Positions 27,501-35,295 of a stretch of DNA of 52,433 nt are shown here, piece after piece. The stretch spans positions 1 to 52,433 of the forward strand of contig JAFGIG010000030.1 in NCBI GenBank assembly GCA_016929715.1, written 5' to 3'. Position numbers and translations under genes: made by a program. Numbering within the stretch: the first letter of the stretch is position 1; the number at the start of each line of letters is the position of its first letter. The stretch comes from a candidate division WOR-3 bacterium. GTDB taxonomy: Bacteria; SDB-A. Under the pieces are notes generated by a model, which saw only the letters and a list, made by a program, of their open reading frames with translations, was not told the DNA's origin and did not search any database.

Positions 27501-28369
27501 TTTCTGTTTTCTGCGGACGCGAAATAGGCTTGGAAAAAGTCCTCGATTACCTCTTTGAAGCCCTTAAAATAGCTGAGGAAACAGGCGATTTGCGAACTCT
27601 TGAGATTATTTTATCCAACTTAGGTCTCAGCTACGCTGAAATATACCTCGATATAGAGAACTCATTCATTTACTATCAGAAAGGAATCGAAATATGCCGC
27701 AGGACAGGAAATATATCTGCCCTAATGAATAATCTCAACAATTTAGCTACTATCTATCTCGCAAAAGGGGAGAAAAAAACAGCCGAAGAACTTTTGAAAA
27801 CTTCTCTGGACATGGCCGCCGAAAGCGGTCATAAACTTGCAACTGTAAACGCATACTGTAACCTTTCTGTTTTTTACAGAAATTTAAGAAAATTCCGAAG
27901 TGCACTCGACTGCATAAAAAGAGCTGAAAAAATCATCGAAAACACGCCTATGAAAGAATACTTGTTGGCGGTAAAAAAAGACAGGTTCGAGATATATGCC
28001 TATACGAAAGACGCTTTGATGGCAAAAAATGCCCTCGATGATATAAATTCACTTCACAGGAAAATAAACGGGGGGGAAGACCTTCCTGATCTCGTTTTCT
28101 ACGAATTGAGAGTAAAATTTCTCCAAACAGGGGATAAAAAGATACTGACTGAGATGGAAAAAGAAGCTGAAAAAACACCTCTAAAAAGCAGGAAAGCCCA
28201 CACCCATTATATTATCTGGAAGACTTCAGATTCCCCTGAAAGCGCCGAGATTTCTCTCAATCTTTACAGGGAACTCATCCAAGAACCTCCAAAGGATTTT
28301 AAGGACATCTACTGGGTCATAAGAAAAAAAGAACTCGAGAATTATTTCAGGGACATGCGGGAATCCTGA
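24560..28369 (+). CDS. Soluble-AC-like class III nucleotidyl cyclase (two cyclase domains) + STAND/AAA NTPase + TPR array
   Basis: C1: LFVDITGFT...FGGDA. C2: NRVSYGDKG...YGAP...EYTCQGERVNLAARLM. Walker A GEAGTGKS, Walker B FFDDFHWID, SEGNPFYIEQ, ASVLGREF, FSHALIRD.VY, then TPRs (LSNLGLSY, LNNLATIY). Confidence 0.9.
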   Translation: MRDLVPFFITQNYSKDLKEGKFRAAVLFVDITGFTQMTKRLMEKGTEGIEILTLTINDVFTPAITAVRARGGFISVFGGDAFYSLFNSKTIGFKQNALSAAQEITRLFSEFGIKKTGAGVFELSVKTGLSMGEIEWGIIQNPHQNTYYFKGDPLDSASNIQRYCAKNHVVVDKNFVDSFRNRKRFSPVGEGAFTPDFTANPPNSTTQLVKRRNAKQKEFMPATLLDGSVKSEFREVVSIFISFADSPLFREKISKVIDIVNETGGYFNRVSYGDKGGFILVFYGAPEGRELLCERAAKMALSVAAIPHFMICAGITFGMCFSGFTGTEERAEYTCQGERVNLAARLMTLKKDNLPPEPRILTDYVVKEKLSYSFSFEFVCDSVLKGFDDPVPVFCLKGEKTMSQILRGEAVGRERHFEKASEVFNKTIESGVFGGILKIEGEAGTGKSFFVAELVKRHPSFNWIFMPCDQIFKYSLNPVKHFLNLFFGFGEKAAENDKISSAKEKLVKIFSGEDFLDSGEIDVMLFFLCQVAGLKYEDPNFASLDQKNRKDMILHYTKLFIKTLSKKKPTIVFFDDFHWIDDDTLDLAKSLCHGTEKNPLILVTASRRAESGENIFQDARVSEISLKPFNREDSFELAKKILKTEDIPQPTLEFIFDRSEGNPFYIEQTIRFLLENGYFDLDFRLSSDASFIPSGIRSIIISRFDRFGRDLKNAMIRASVLGREFSTEILAKMISAKNIERILGEGEKNVVWMPQGTGLYSFSHALIRDSVYEMQLKSELRILHRDAARAYENLPEDYKEKNTGIIAFHYDLSDDKDKAPVYLKKAFLLAQKSFSTIDSLRFCEALDKYLEQGKEKLENSIKRIRLISVTGKLEKAEEIAQKTLADCEDEISLAAECLISLCEITLKLFKMDKNLEYLKKLDVLSEKLEDKKIRTELFKLYGFYWHSHEDEKKAVVYFQKALNLTRITKDKKAEAKCLSDISVFCGREIGLEKVLDYLFEALKIAEETGDLRTLEIILSNLGLSYAEIYLDIENSFIYYQKGIEICRRTGNISALMNNLNNLATIYLAKGEKKTAEELLKTSLDMAAESGHKLATVNAYCNLSVFYRNLRKFRSALDCIKRAEKIIENTPMKEYLLAVKKDRFEIYAYTKDALMAKNALDDINSLHRKINGGEDLPDLVFYELRVKFLQTGDKKILTEMEKEAEKTPLKSRKAHTHYIIWKTSDSPESAEISLNLYRELIQEPPKDFKDIYWVIRKKELENYFRDMRES

Positions 28370-30095
28370 AAGTGAAAACGCTCCCCTCGTTTGTTTTTGA
28401 AAACACGCCTATTTCTCCTCCGTGAAGCTCTATTAGTCTTTTGACTATGGAAAGCCCGAGTCCTGTTGTCTGTTCTCCTTCCGTCCCCTCTCTTTTCGCC
28501 TCCGTGAATTTATCGAATATTTTAGGCTTCATTTCTTCCGGAATTCCAATTCCGCTATCTTCCACGGACACGACGGCATATAGGATATCCCCCGACAATT
28601 CCCTTTTGTGTGTTATTGAAATCCTGCCGCCTCTTGGCGTGAATTTGAGGGCGTTAGAAAAAAGATTCTGCATTATCTGCCAGAATCTGTTGAAATCAAC
28701 CATGCAAATACAGTTCCCCCCTTCGTTGCTCAATTCGAAATTCACGCCTTTTTTCCCTGAAAGCCTCCTGAAATCGCCGGCAAATTCGGAGATGAGATCG
28801 GCTATGTTCATCTCCGCAAGTTCGAGCCTAAAATCTTCGCTCTCGATTTTGTTTATCTCGAGAATGTCTTCAACGAGAACGAGAGCCCTTTGGACGTAAT
28901 GCTTTATGACTTCAAGAGTTTCTTCTGCCTCTGCGTTCAGATTCTGCAGATGCGCAAGCATTTGGGACAACGGTATAATCGAACCTATCGTTCCCTTGAG
29001 GTCGTGGGAAACAACTCTCATTATAGCGTCTTTGGACTTGTTCAGCTCCGTCAGTTCTTCGTTTTTTTCGGCAAGTTCGGCGTTTTGTTTTTCTATCATC
29101 ATATTAGCACCGGCAAGTTCTTCGTTTTTCATCCTGTAAATTTCAGTTTCTCTTTCTCTGAGCTTGACCTCGAAACGGGCGTCCATTTCTGCGATTCTCG
29201 ATGTTTTTTCTTCATTGAAAATAACGTCCATCTTCTCGGCGTATATCCGGCTGAAATAAAGAGCTTTCTGATATTCTTCTTTTTCTTCGTATAGCTCTGA
29301 TAAGGTTTTTGCAGCGTTCATCTGACCTAAATTATTGTCAGTCGAGAAATATATTTCAAAAGCCTCCCTGACATATTCAAGGGATTTCTCAGTATCTCCC
29401 TTCTCTTTCATTATCAGTCCAAAGTTGAAAAGAGGCGGAGCCTCACCGTTCCTGTCACCTATTTCACGCTTCAAAGCAATAGCTTTTTCGTAATATGAAA
29501 GGGCTTCCTCCAAAGCGCCTGTCTCCCTGTAAACCTCGCCGATGTTGTTCAGTATAAAAGACAATGGCCTTTTGTTTCCGGCGCTTTCGGCGGCTTTTTT
29601 CGCCCTTTCGAGGTATTCAAGGCTTTTCGCGAAGTCTCCTAAACGCCTGTAGACGTTTGCGATATTGTTACAGCTCTGCTGTATGAACTTCTGCAGGCCT
29701 TCCTTTTCCCTTATCTCGAGAGATTTTTTCATATAGAAAAGGGCTTTTTCGGTTAGGTTCATTTTGGCAAATACAACTCCCATGCCTTCGTATGAACTCG
29801 TAAGCCTGTCCGGGTCTGTCTCTGATGACGCCACTTTCTGAAAATATTCTATCGCCTTATCGAAGTCGGACATGTGAAAACACAAAAACCCCAAGCGGAG
29901 GAAGGCTCTGTTTTTAAGGTCTTCGATACTGTTTTTTTCGCATATCTCCAGCGCCGTCAAAGCGCAGTTGAATGAAGGGACGGTTTCCGAAGCTTCAAAA
30001 AATTCTTTTGCTTTTTCAAGGAGATATGTGGCTTTTTCTCTGTCAGTCGAAAGGACGTCCGCTTCGCTGAAAACGATATTTGTTTTATCGGCCAT
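28347..30095 (-). CDS. Cytoplasmic TPR-repeat sensor histidine kinase
   Basis: TPRs (CNNIANVY.RLG, LNNIGEVY..TG) and a coiled coil. H-box VSHDLK, N-box NLFSNALKFT, G1 DSGIGI, F-box IFDKF, G2 TGLGLSIVK. No obvious TM. Confidence 0.92.
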   Translation of the reverse strand: MADKTNIVFSEADVLSTDREKATYLLEKAKEFFEASETVPSFNCALTALEICEKNSIEDLKNRAFLRLGFLCFHMSDFDKAIEYFQKVASSETDPDRLTSSYEGMGVVFAKMNLTEKALFYMKKSLEIREKEGLQKFIQQSCNNIANVYRRLGDFAKSLEYLERAKKAAESAGNKRPLSFILNNIGEVYRETGALEEALSYYEKAIALKREIGDRNGEAPPLFNFGLIMKEKGDTEKSLEYVREAFEIYFSTDNNLGQMNAAKTLSELYEEKEEYQKALYFSRIYAEKMDVIFNEEKTSRIAEMDARFEVKLRERETEIYRMKNEELAGANMMIEKQNAELAEKNEELTELNKSKDAIMRVVSHDLKGTIGSIIPLSQMLAHLQNLNAEAEETLEVIKHYVQRALVLVEDILEINKIESEDFRLELAEMNIADLISEFAGDFRRLSGKKGVNFELSNEGGNCICMVDFNRFWQIMQNLFSNALKFTPRGGRISITHKRELSGDILYAVVSVEDSGIGIPEEMKPKIFDKFTEAKREGTEGEQTTGLGLSIVKRLIELHGGEIGVFSKTNEGSVFTFRIPACP

Positions 30096-30122
30096 AGAAC
30101 TACCTTTCGATTTTCTGCCAGT

Positions 30123-30150
30123 ATTTTAATCTGGTTTTAAGCATATTCAA
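30123..30150 (-). promoter_or_regulatory. Putative sigma70 promoter for the TPR kinase
   Basis: TTGAAT (30150-30145), 16 nt spacer, TAAAAT (30128-30123). Confidence 0.45.
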
Positions 30151-30213
30151 AGTGTTATTTTCGATCCGTTTTTTCGCACTCGTTCACCTTTGCTGTCCAC
30201 GGACACATAAAAC

Positions 30214-30240
30214 AAAAAAAGGGGGCAAAAGCCCCCTTTT
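30214..30240 (-). terminator. Intrinsic terminator downstream of the secreted CTD protein (possibly bidirectional)
   Basis: AAAAGGGGGC-AAAA-GCCCCCTTTT is a perfect inverted repeat. The minus strand ends in a 7-T tract. Confidence 0.85.
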
Positions 30241-30295
30241 AGCAATCCTGCCAGAAAAAATTATCTGACCCTGTCAAATAAATTTTGATCTGAAT

Positions 30296-32170
30296 TTATT
30301 TGACAAGATTGACCTTCAAAGACCTCTCTGAGCCGTTGACGTTCGCCCTGAGGAAGTAAAGTCCCGTTGATAGATCTTCTGTGTTAAATCCGAGGTTGTG
30401 ATTCCCTGATGAAAGTTTCCCCGAGAAAAGCGTCCTGACGTTTCTTCCCGAGACGTCAAAAAGCGATACCGTTACGTCGGATTCGGTCACAAGCGAAAGG
30501 TTGTATAGAGAAGCCGAGGTGACAAAAGTCGGGCAGGCGAGTCTGAACAGAGATGGAACGCTGACGCCAATTTCATCAACGCCGACGGAAGACCATGTTC
30601 CGTGGGCGATGACCCAGACTTCCTGAATTCCTGCGTCCCTTGAAGGAGCCCATGAACCCGTGAACTCATACGCCCTTCTGCTGACAGCTCCCGGGGGAAC
30701 TGCGTTAGTTCCCGTCGAGAAAGATGCGTTTGTCACAGTAATCGCTCCGACATAAAACGCGCCTTCTGTTATCGATATGGAGGGGTTTACAGGTATGTTG
30801 AACCAAAATCCTGCATTTCCCGTGTTCACTGTCATTCTCGAAGAAAAAAGAATGGTCCCCGGTCCGCCGTCTGTTCCGTCATCGTCCATTACGACAAAAT
30901 CCACGCTTCCGGCTGTTGTCACGGTTGCGGGATAAAAGCCTATCGAGTCAAGCGTGAAAGGATAATTCGGGGGAACAAACATATTGCCGTATCCGGACGA
31001 ATCGCCGTTCCACGAAGAGCCTGTGGCAGGTTCTGTGAAGTAACCGAGCCAGGATGGCGCGGCTTTCGCCTGCAGTCTAAATGTAATCGAATCATTGGCA
31101 GGTGTCATATCGCCGGTCATGTATGTCCTGACCTGAACTCTGTATGTTGTGTCAATATCCGGGACTGAGAAAGGGTCAAAAGTGCATGTATCTAAGTCAC
31201 CGGGGTTGAGCGTGTTGTAGATTGTTATTGTGTCGGCGAAAACTATCGAAGCTCCGGATTTATAGTATATCCTCAGAATCACGTTGAAAGTGCTTTCCGG
31301 CTGGTTGCCGAAATTCTTTACTTCGGCGACGGGGGTGAAATCCGCGCCTCTGTCTATGAATATTCCTCCTGAAAGAGGATTGTCAACCCAGGAAATTCCG
31401 ACATCGTGGACAGCGAGCGTAGTAGTTTCCGGGGGAATATATGCAACTGCCATTCCGTCAACAGGCCTTGCCGCTCCAGCGCCCGCTACGCCGTCTCTGA
31501 AATACTGAAGTCCTATTGTCTTTGTTATATTCTGTATGCCTACAATGTCGGCTTCGCCGCTGTGGTTGTAGGTTCCGTTCTGAGGGCCGTATTGCATGGT
31601 TATACAGCTGTCAGCCTTTGTCAGGATGACCTGAAACGTGTGGTATGTGCCTGCCACATCCCATTCTTTTACGCTGTCGTATGTGACAATGAATGTGTCG
31701 AGAGTCGGCGAGGTGTAGTAATAACAGCTTCCGTAAGCCGCACCCGGAGAGAAATCGAGGTCTCCGGTGTAAATCGCAATCAAATCCGGCGGAGCCAGAG
31801 TGCTGGGCAGATTTTGGAAGGGATGCGCGAAATTCTGATTGCTCGAAAAAGAAAGATATCCGTTGGATCCGACATATACCTGATCCACCGCATACCAGTA
31901 GTAGGGGAAATCAAAACCGATGGGAAACGGACCCATGACATTGTCGTCCATAAGTCCAGTGACCTGTGTCCCTATAGTCGAAATGTCTATCCAGTTGAAA
32001 GTCGGTCCGCCCGGATCTCCGGATTTGACATAGACGTATCCGTAGGCGTCGGGGTTGCCCGAATCGGGGGAGAACAGGTTCACATCAGGCGACCTGAAAC
32101 CGCCCGTCCATGGCATAGCCGTCATCGCCGCGGCCGCGAAAAACGCAACCACTAAAAGCATTCTCTTCAT
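30296..32170 (-). CDS. Secreted protein with nidogen-like/CARDB-like modules and T9SS type-A/FlgD-Ig C-terminal domain
   Basis: AGGAG RBS and signal peptide MKRMLLVVAFFAAAAMTA. Motifs GNPDAYGY...GPTFNWIDI, FPIGFDFPYY...GSNGYLSF, HDVGI...VKNFG...DMTPANDS. CTD 'SLFDVSGRNVRTL...LSTGLYFLR...KVNLVK'. Confidence 0.75.
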   Translation of the reverse strand: MKRMLLVVAFFAAAAMTAMPWTGGFRSPDVNLFSPDSGNPDAYGYVYVKSGDPGGPTFNWIDISTIGTQVTGLMDDNVMGPFPIGFDFPYYWYAVDQVYVGSNGYLSFSSNQNFAHPFQNLPSTLAPPDLIAIYTGDLDFSPGAAYGSCYYYTSPTLDTFIVTYDSVKEWDVAGTYHTFQVILTKADSCITMQYGPQNGTYNHSGEADIVGIQNITKTIGLQYFRDGVAGAGAARPVDGMAVAYIPPETTTLAVHDVGISWVDNPLSGGIFIDRGADFTPVAEVKNFGNQPESTFNVILRIYYKSGASIVFADTITIYNTLNPGDLDTCTFDPFSVPDIDTTYRVQVRTYMTGDMTPANDSITFRLQAKAAPSWLGYFTEPATGSSWNGDSSGYGNMFVPPNYPFTLDSIGFYPATVTTAGSVDFVVMDDDGTDGGPGTILFSSRMTVNTGNAGFWFNIPVNPSISITEGAFYVGAITVTNASFSTGTNAVPPGAVSRRAYEFTGSWAPSRDAGIQEVWVIAHGTWSSVGVDEIGVSVPSLFRLACPTFVTSASLYNLSLVTESDVTVSLFDVSGRNVRTLFSGKLSSGNHNLGFNTEDLSTGLYFLRANVNGSERSLKVNLVK

Positions 32171-32209
32171 AAAATACTCCTTTCCTTTTAAGTTAAAGGA
32201 TGAAAAGAA

Positions 32210-32239
32210 ATCTAATACTATAGCTGAAGATATGTCAAG
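32210..32239 (-). promoter_or_regulatory. Putative sigma70 promoter for the secreted CTD protein
   Basis: Minus strand TTGACA, 18 nt spacer, TAGATT, upstream of AAAGGAG and the ATG. Confidence 0.45.
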
Positions 32240-32258
32240 AGAGTTGTTTTAGAAATTT

Positions 32259-33476
32259 CTACGTCTTCAATTCTTTTTTCTTCGCGGCGGGAAAGAGGAC
32301 GTTGTTGAGTATCAGCCTGTAGCCGGGAGAATTCGGGAAAAGAGAAAGGTCGGTCGGGGGGTCGCCTACATAATGTGTGAAATCCTCGGGGTCGTGCCCC
32401 CCAAGATAAGCGAAACTGCCCTGTCCCAGATTTCCGCAGAGGTATTTTATCTCGTCGGCGCCGGGGACGTCCCCGAGGAGTGTTATCTCAGACCTGACGC
32501 AGGATCGCCTGAAACCGGTGCACTGTCCCAGAAACTCCCTGACTGTCCCCACATGGTTCTGGACAAGCATAGAAGGGACGGGGTCTTCCTTTGCGCTGAA
32601 CTCGTATAGTCTGAAAAAGACGTTTTCGCCCCTGAGATGAGCCTCCTGCGAGACATCTATCGTCGAGTGTTCGTATATGTTCGGATCCATTATTATTTCG
32701 AAATCCGTGAAAGCGGGCGAACGGGAAAAATCCACTTCACCCGTTCCGACGGGATCTCCGTCGAAAGGCGACGCGACTATGTCCCTGCCGTAAGCGGCGA
32801 GAGCTATTTCCCATGTATCGGTTGCAGAACACATGGCGAAAAGATATCCGCCGTTTTCCACGTATTCGTATAGCTTTCTTGCGACTTCATGCTTCAATTT
32901 CCAGACCTTGTCATACCCGAGGAGCCTTGCTGTCTCTTCATTGAGCCGAACCTGGTCCTTATACCACTGAGTATTGGCATAGGAAGCCCAGAACTTGCCG
33001 TATTGGCCCGTGAAATCCTCGTGATGGAGGTGGACCCATTCATAATCGGACAGCTTGTCTTCCATAACCTCGACGTCCCATATCCTGTCATAGCTTATAC
33101 CGGCGTAATCGAGCGCCATGACAACGGCATCGTCCCAGGGTTGAGCCCCTGGAGTTTGATAGACAGCCACTTTCGGGGCTTTGTGAAGGAGGACGACGTC
33201 GGCGTTCATATTCTCTATCTCGGATTTTATGAGGGCTTCTTTTTCAGGAGATATCAGGGAATAACCGACTCCGGATCTTTTCAGGTCGTCCTCAATACCG
33301 GAATTGTCTTCCAAAATGAAACTTCCGCCTCTGTAGTTTATAAGCCATTCGACTTCGAGCCCCACTTCGAGAGATCTGTATGCTACACCGTATGCCTTGA
33401 GGTGATTTGTCTGTGACATGTCCATGGGAACAAAAATCCTCTGGATCAGAGCGAAAAAAATTGACAAAATATTCAA
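32259..33476 (-). CDS. Conserved FCB-group protein (often labelled 'asparagine synthetase B'; class-I GATase-like fold, function unknown)
   Basis: PMD..Q.NHLKAYG..Y, WLINYRGGSF, QPWDDAV.MAL.YA.I.YD, LHHEDFTGQYGKFW, FAMCSATD, GGHDPED..H.VGDPPTDL.L.PNSPGYRLILNNVLFPAA. No AsnB N-terminal Cys and no SGG.DS motif. Confidence 0.7.
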   Translation of the reverse strand: MNILSIFFALIQRIFVPMDMSQTNHLKAYGVAYRSLEVGLEVEWLINYRGGSFILEDNSGIEDDLKRSGVGYSLISPEKEALIKSEIENMNADVVLLHKAPKVAVYQTPGAQPWDDAVVMALDYAGISYDRIWDVEVMEDKLSDYEWVHLHHEDFTGQYGKFWASYANTQWYKDQVRLNEETARLLGYDKVWKLKHEVARKLYEYVENGGYLFAMCSATDTWEIALAAYGRDIVASPFDGDPVGTGEVDFSRSPAFTDFEIIMDPNIYEHSTIDVSQEAHLRGENVFFRLYEFSAKEDPVPSMLVQNHVGTVREFLGQCTGFRRSCVRSEITLLGDVPGADEIKYLCGNLGQGSFAYLGGHDPEDFTHYVGDPPTDLSLFPNSPGYRLILNNVLFPAAKKKELKT

Positions 33477-34879
33477 TTTTTTTCTCTTTTTTTGGACTCT
33501 ATTATTCTTTTCGCCAATAAAATTCCTTCTTCGAGGCTGTCGAAATCACCGTCGAGCTGGGCTTCATAGAGTTCTTTCAGGACATCTCCCATGAAGGGTG
33601 AAGGTTCTATACCGAGTTTCAGAAGATGCCTTCCCATAACTATTGGTTTGAGCTGTTCCTCTTGGATTTTCATGTCTCTGAGAGTTCTATCGAGCCAAAG
33701 GATCTCTTCCGAGTCGCCGAAGACCTGACCTCTGCCGAATTTGTCCGCCATAAAAAGTGCTTTCAGGAGTTCGAGCTCAGTCCCACCGAAAAGCCTCCTC
33801 ATTGCGCCTTTTGTTACTATATCGCGCGACTTCCATAAATCGTATATCCTGTGGTGAGACAAGACGAGAGAAGACACTCTTTCCGTGACCGATTTCGGAG
33901 CCTTCCATCTGGAGAGGACTATTTTGGCAATTTTCGCGCCCGCAGGCTGATGCCCCGGCGAAATCAATCTGCCGGCTTTTCTGCCTTCTTGCGCCTGTTT
34001 TGTAGAGACCGTCTTGCCTATGTCGTGAAAGAGAACAGACAGCATGAAGACGAATTTGTCTTCTTCGGAAAGCATATTTTCTCTGAGTGAAGCGGCGACG
34101 TCGAGAGACAGGACAGTGTGAATAAAAACACTTCCCTCTGGATGCCATATTATGTCCTGAGAGCATTCTACCATCGAGGATATCTCGGGTTCCGATGAAA
34201 AGAGAAAAAGCGAGTGTGCGGCGAGAAAACCTCTGCCGGGAAAATCCCCTTCGACGAGCATTTTCTTAATTTCCGCGAAAATTCTCTCTCTCGGCAAACT
34301 CTTTGTGTCTGTTCTTCTGCACAATTCGGCGGTATTTGTCTCTATAGGAAAACCGAGCGATGCCGCGAACCTCATCGCCCTGTATGCCCTCAAGGGATCT
34401 TCGCCGAAGTGATTGGCGTCGCAAGCCCTGAGTATTCCTGTCTTCATGTCCTTGACTCCTCCGAGAGGGTCAATAATTTCGCCTGTCAGCGCGTCTTTCA
34501 GAACGCTGTTTACTGTGAAATCTCTCCTCCTGCAGGCTTCATAATACGATAGCCCCGGGTCGGCTTTTACCTCGAATCCTTTGTGCCCCTCGCCGATTCT
34601 CCTGTCCCTTCTCGGCAGAGATATCTCAAGGTTGCCGATTCTGTAAACGGCGAATGATTTTCCGGTCAAATCGACTTTTCCAAATTTTTTAAGAATCTTT
34701 TCGAGAGCATCTGGAGACAGTCCGTAGACCTCAGCGTCTATATCTTCGTTTCTTCTCATCCTCCCGAGCATGACATCACGGACCGTTCCTCCCACTTCAA
34801 AAAGCCTGCCTCCGGATTCTTTCACTTCTAAAGCAATTTTCTGAAGGAGCGTTTTTGCCTCCCGGACTTTATCTGTCAA
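33473..34879 (-). CDS. cca: CCA tRNA nucleotidyltransferase with HD domain
   Basis: VGGTVRD..LG...DIDAE, RRDFTVNS, DPLGG..D, EDPLR.YR..RF, ERIF.E..K, WHPEG.V..HT, LFHDIGK, GRHLL.LG. Confidence 0.88.
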   Translation of the reverse strand: MTDKVREAKTLLQKIALEVKESGGRLFEVGGTVRDVMLGRMRRNEDIDAEVYGLSPDALEKILKKFGKVDLTGKSFAVYRIGNLEISLPRRDRRIGEGHKGFEVKADPGLSYYEACRRRDFTVNSVLKDALTGEIIDPLGGVKDMKTGILRACDANHFGEDPLRAYRAMRFAASLGFPIETNTAELCRRTDTKSLPRERIFAEIKKMLVEGDFPGRGFLAAHSLFLFSSEPEISSMVECSQDIIWHPEGSVFIHTVLSLDVAASLRENMLSEEDKFVFMLSVLFHDIGKTVSTKQAQEGRKAGRLISPGHQPAGAKIAKIVLSRWKAPKSVTERVSSLVLSHHRIYDLWKSRDIVTKGAMRRLFGGTELELLKALFMADKFGRGQVFGDSEEILWLDRTLRDMKIQEEQLKPIVMGRHLLKLGIEPSPFMGDVLKELYEAQLDGDFDSLEEGILLAKRIIESKKREKN

Positions 34880-35174
34880 AAAAACCTTCCCCCTCCGGGC
34901 ATCTGCAGGGGTTATCTTTGCAGGAAGGGCATTTACCTACATATCTGAGAACTGCTTTTTCAACGTCCACGTCAGCGAGATTTGCCATTGTCATCAGCCA
35001 TGCCAAAACATCGGCGAATTCGTTTTCGCAGTCACTGAGTTTCTTTTTTCTCAGGGCCTGAGAGAGTTCGCCGACTTCCTCCACAAAATGGTTGAAACTC
35101 TTTGAGATCCCTCTTCTTTCATCTCTTTCCCCGAACAGAACCCGGATATTTTCCTGAAATTCCTTTAGAGTCAT
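34869..35174 (-). CDS. MazG-like nucleotide pyrophosphohydrolase (single domain, C-terminal Cys cluster)
   Basis: MTLKEFQ..I, EEVGEL, ENEFADVLAWL..MAN, CPSC...PCRC. Start placed at ATG 35174 behind AAGGGG. Confidence 0.85.
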   Translation of the reverse strand: MTLKEFQENIRVLFGERDERRGISKSFNHFVEEVGELSQALRKKKLSDCENEFADVLAWLMTMANLADVDVEKAVLRYVGKCPSCKDNPCRCPEGEGFFDR

Positions 35175-35211
35175 GCCTTGTCCCCTTTTAGTAAGCAAAT
35201 ATGTATTTTGC

Positions 35212-35240
35212 ATAATACCATTTCCCTTGATTGCTGAAAA
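35212..35240 (-). promoter_or_regulatory. Putative extended -10 promoter for mazG-like/cca operon
   Basis: TTTTCA, 17 nt spacer, TATTAT, with TG at the extended -10 position (TGgTATTAT). Confidence 0.4.
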
Positions 35241-35295
35241 ATTATATTATATCTCTTAATGCGTAAAAGCATCTTTTAATTGGGCTTGTTTAAGC

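Noticed and set aside
24560-28369. Calling the cyclase-STAND-TPR gene a known defence system (Avs/Pycsar)
   Set aside because: No nuclease, TIR or TM toxic effector and no defence-island context. The architecture is common in signalling. Kept only as a testable hypothesis.
30241-30295. Small hairpins in the 3' UTR of the secreted-protein gene and the 200-bp intergenic region as a riboswitch or sRNA
   Set aside because: Stems are short and AT-rich, and I recognised no c-di-GMP or other aptamer consensus. The terminator plus kinase promoter explain the region.
31406-32155. 249-aa plus-strand ORF
   Set aside because: Antisense to the GC-richer secreted-protein gene, with no motif or RBS.
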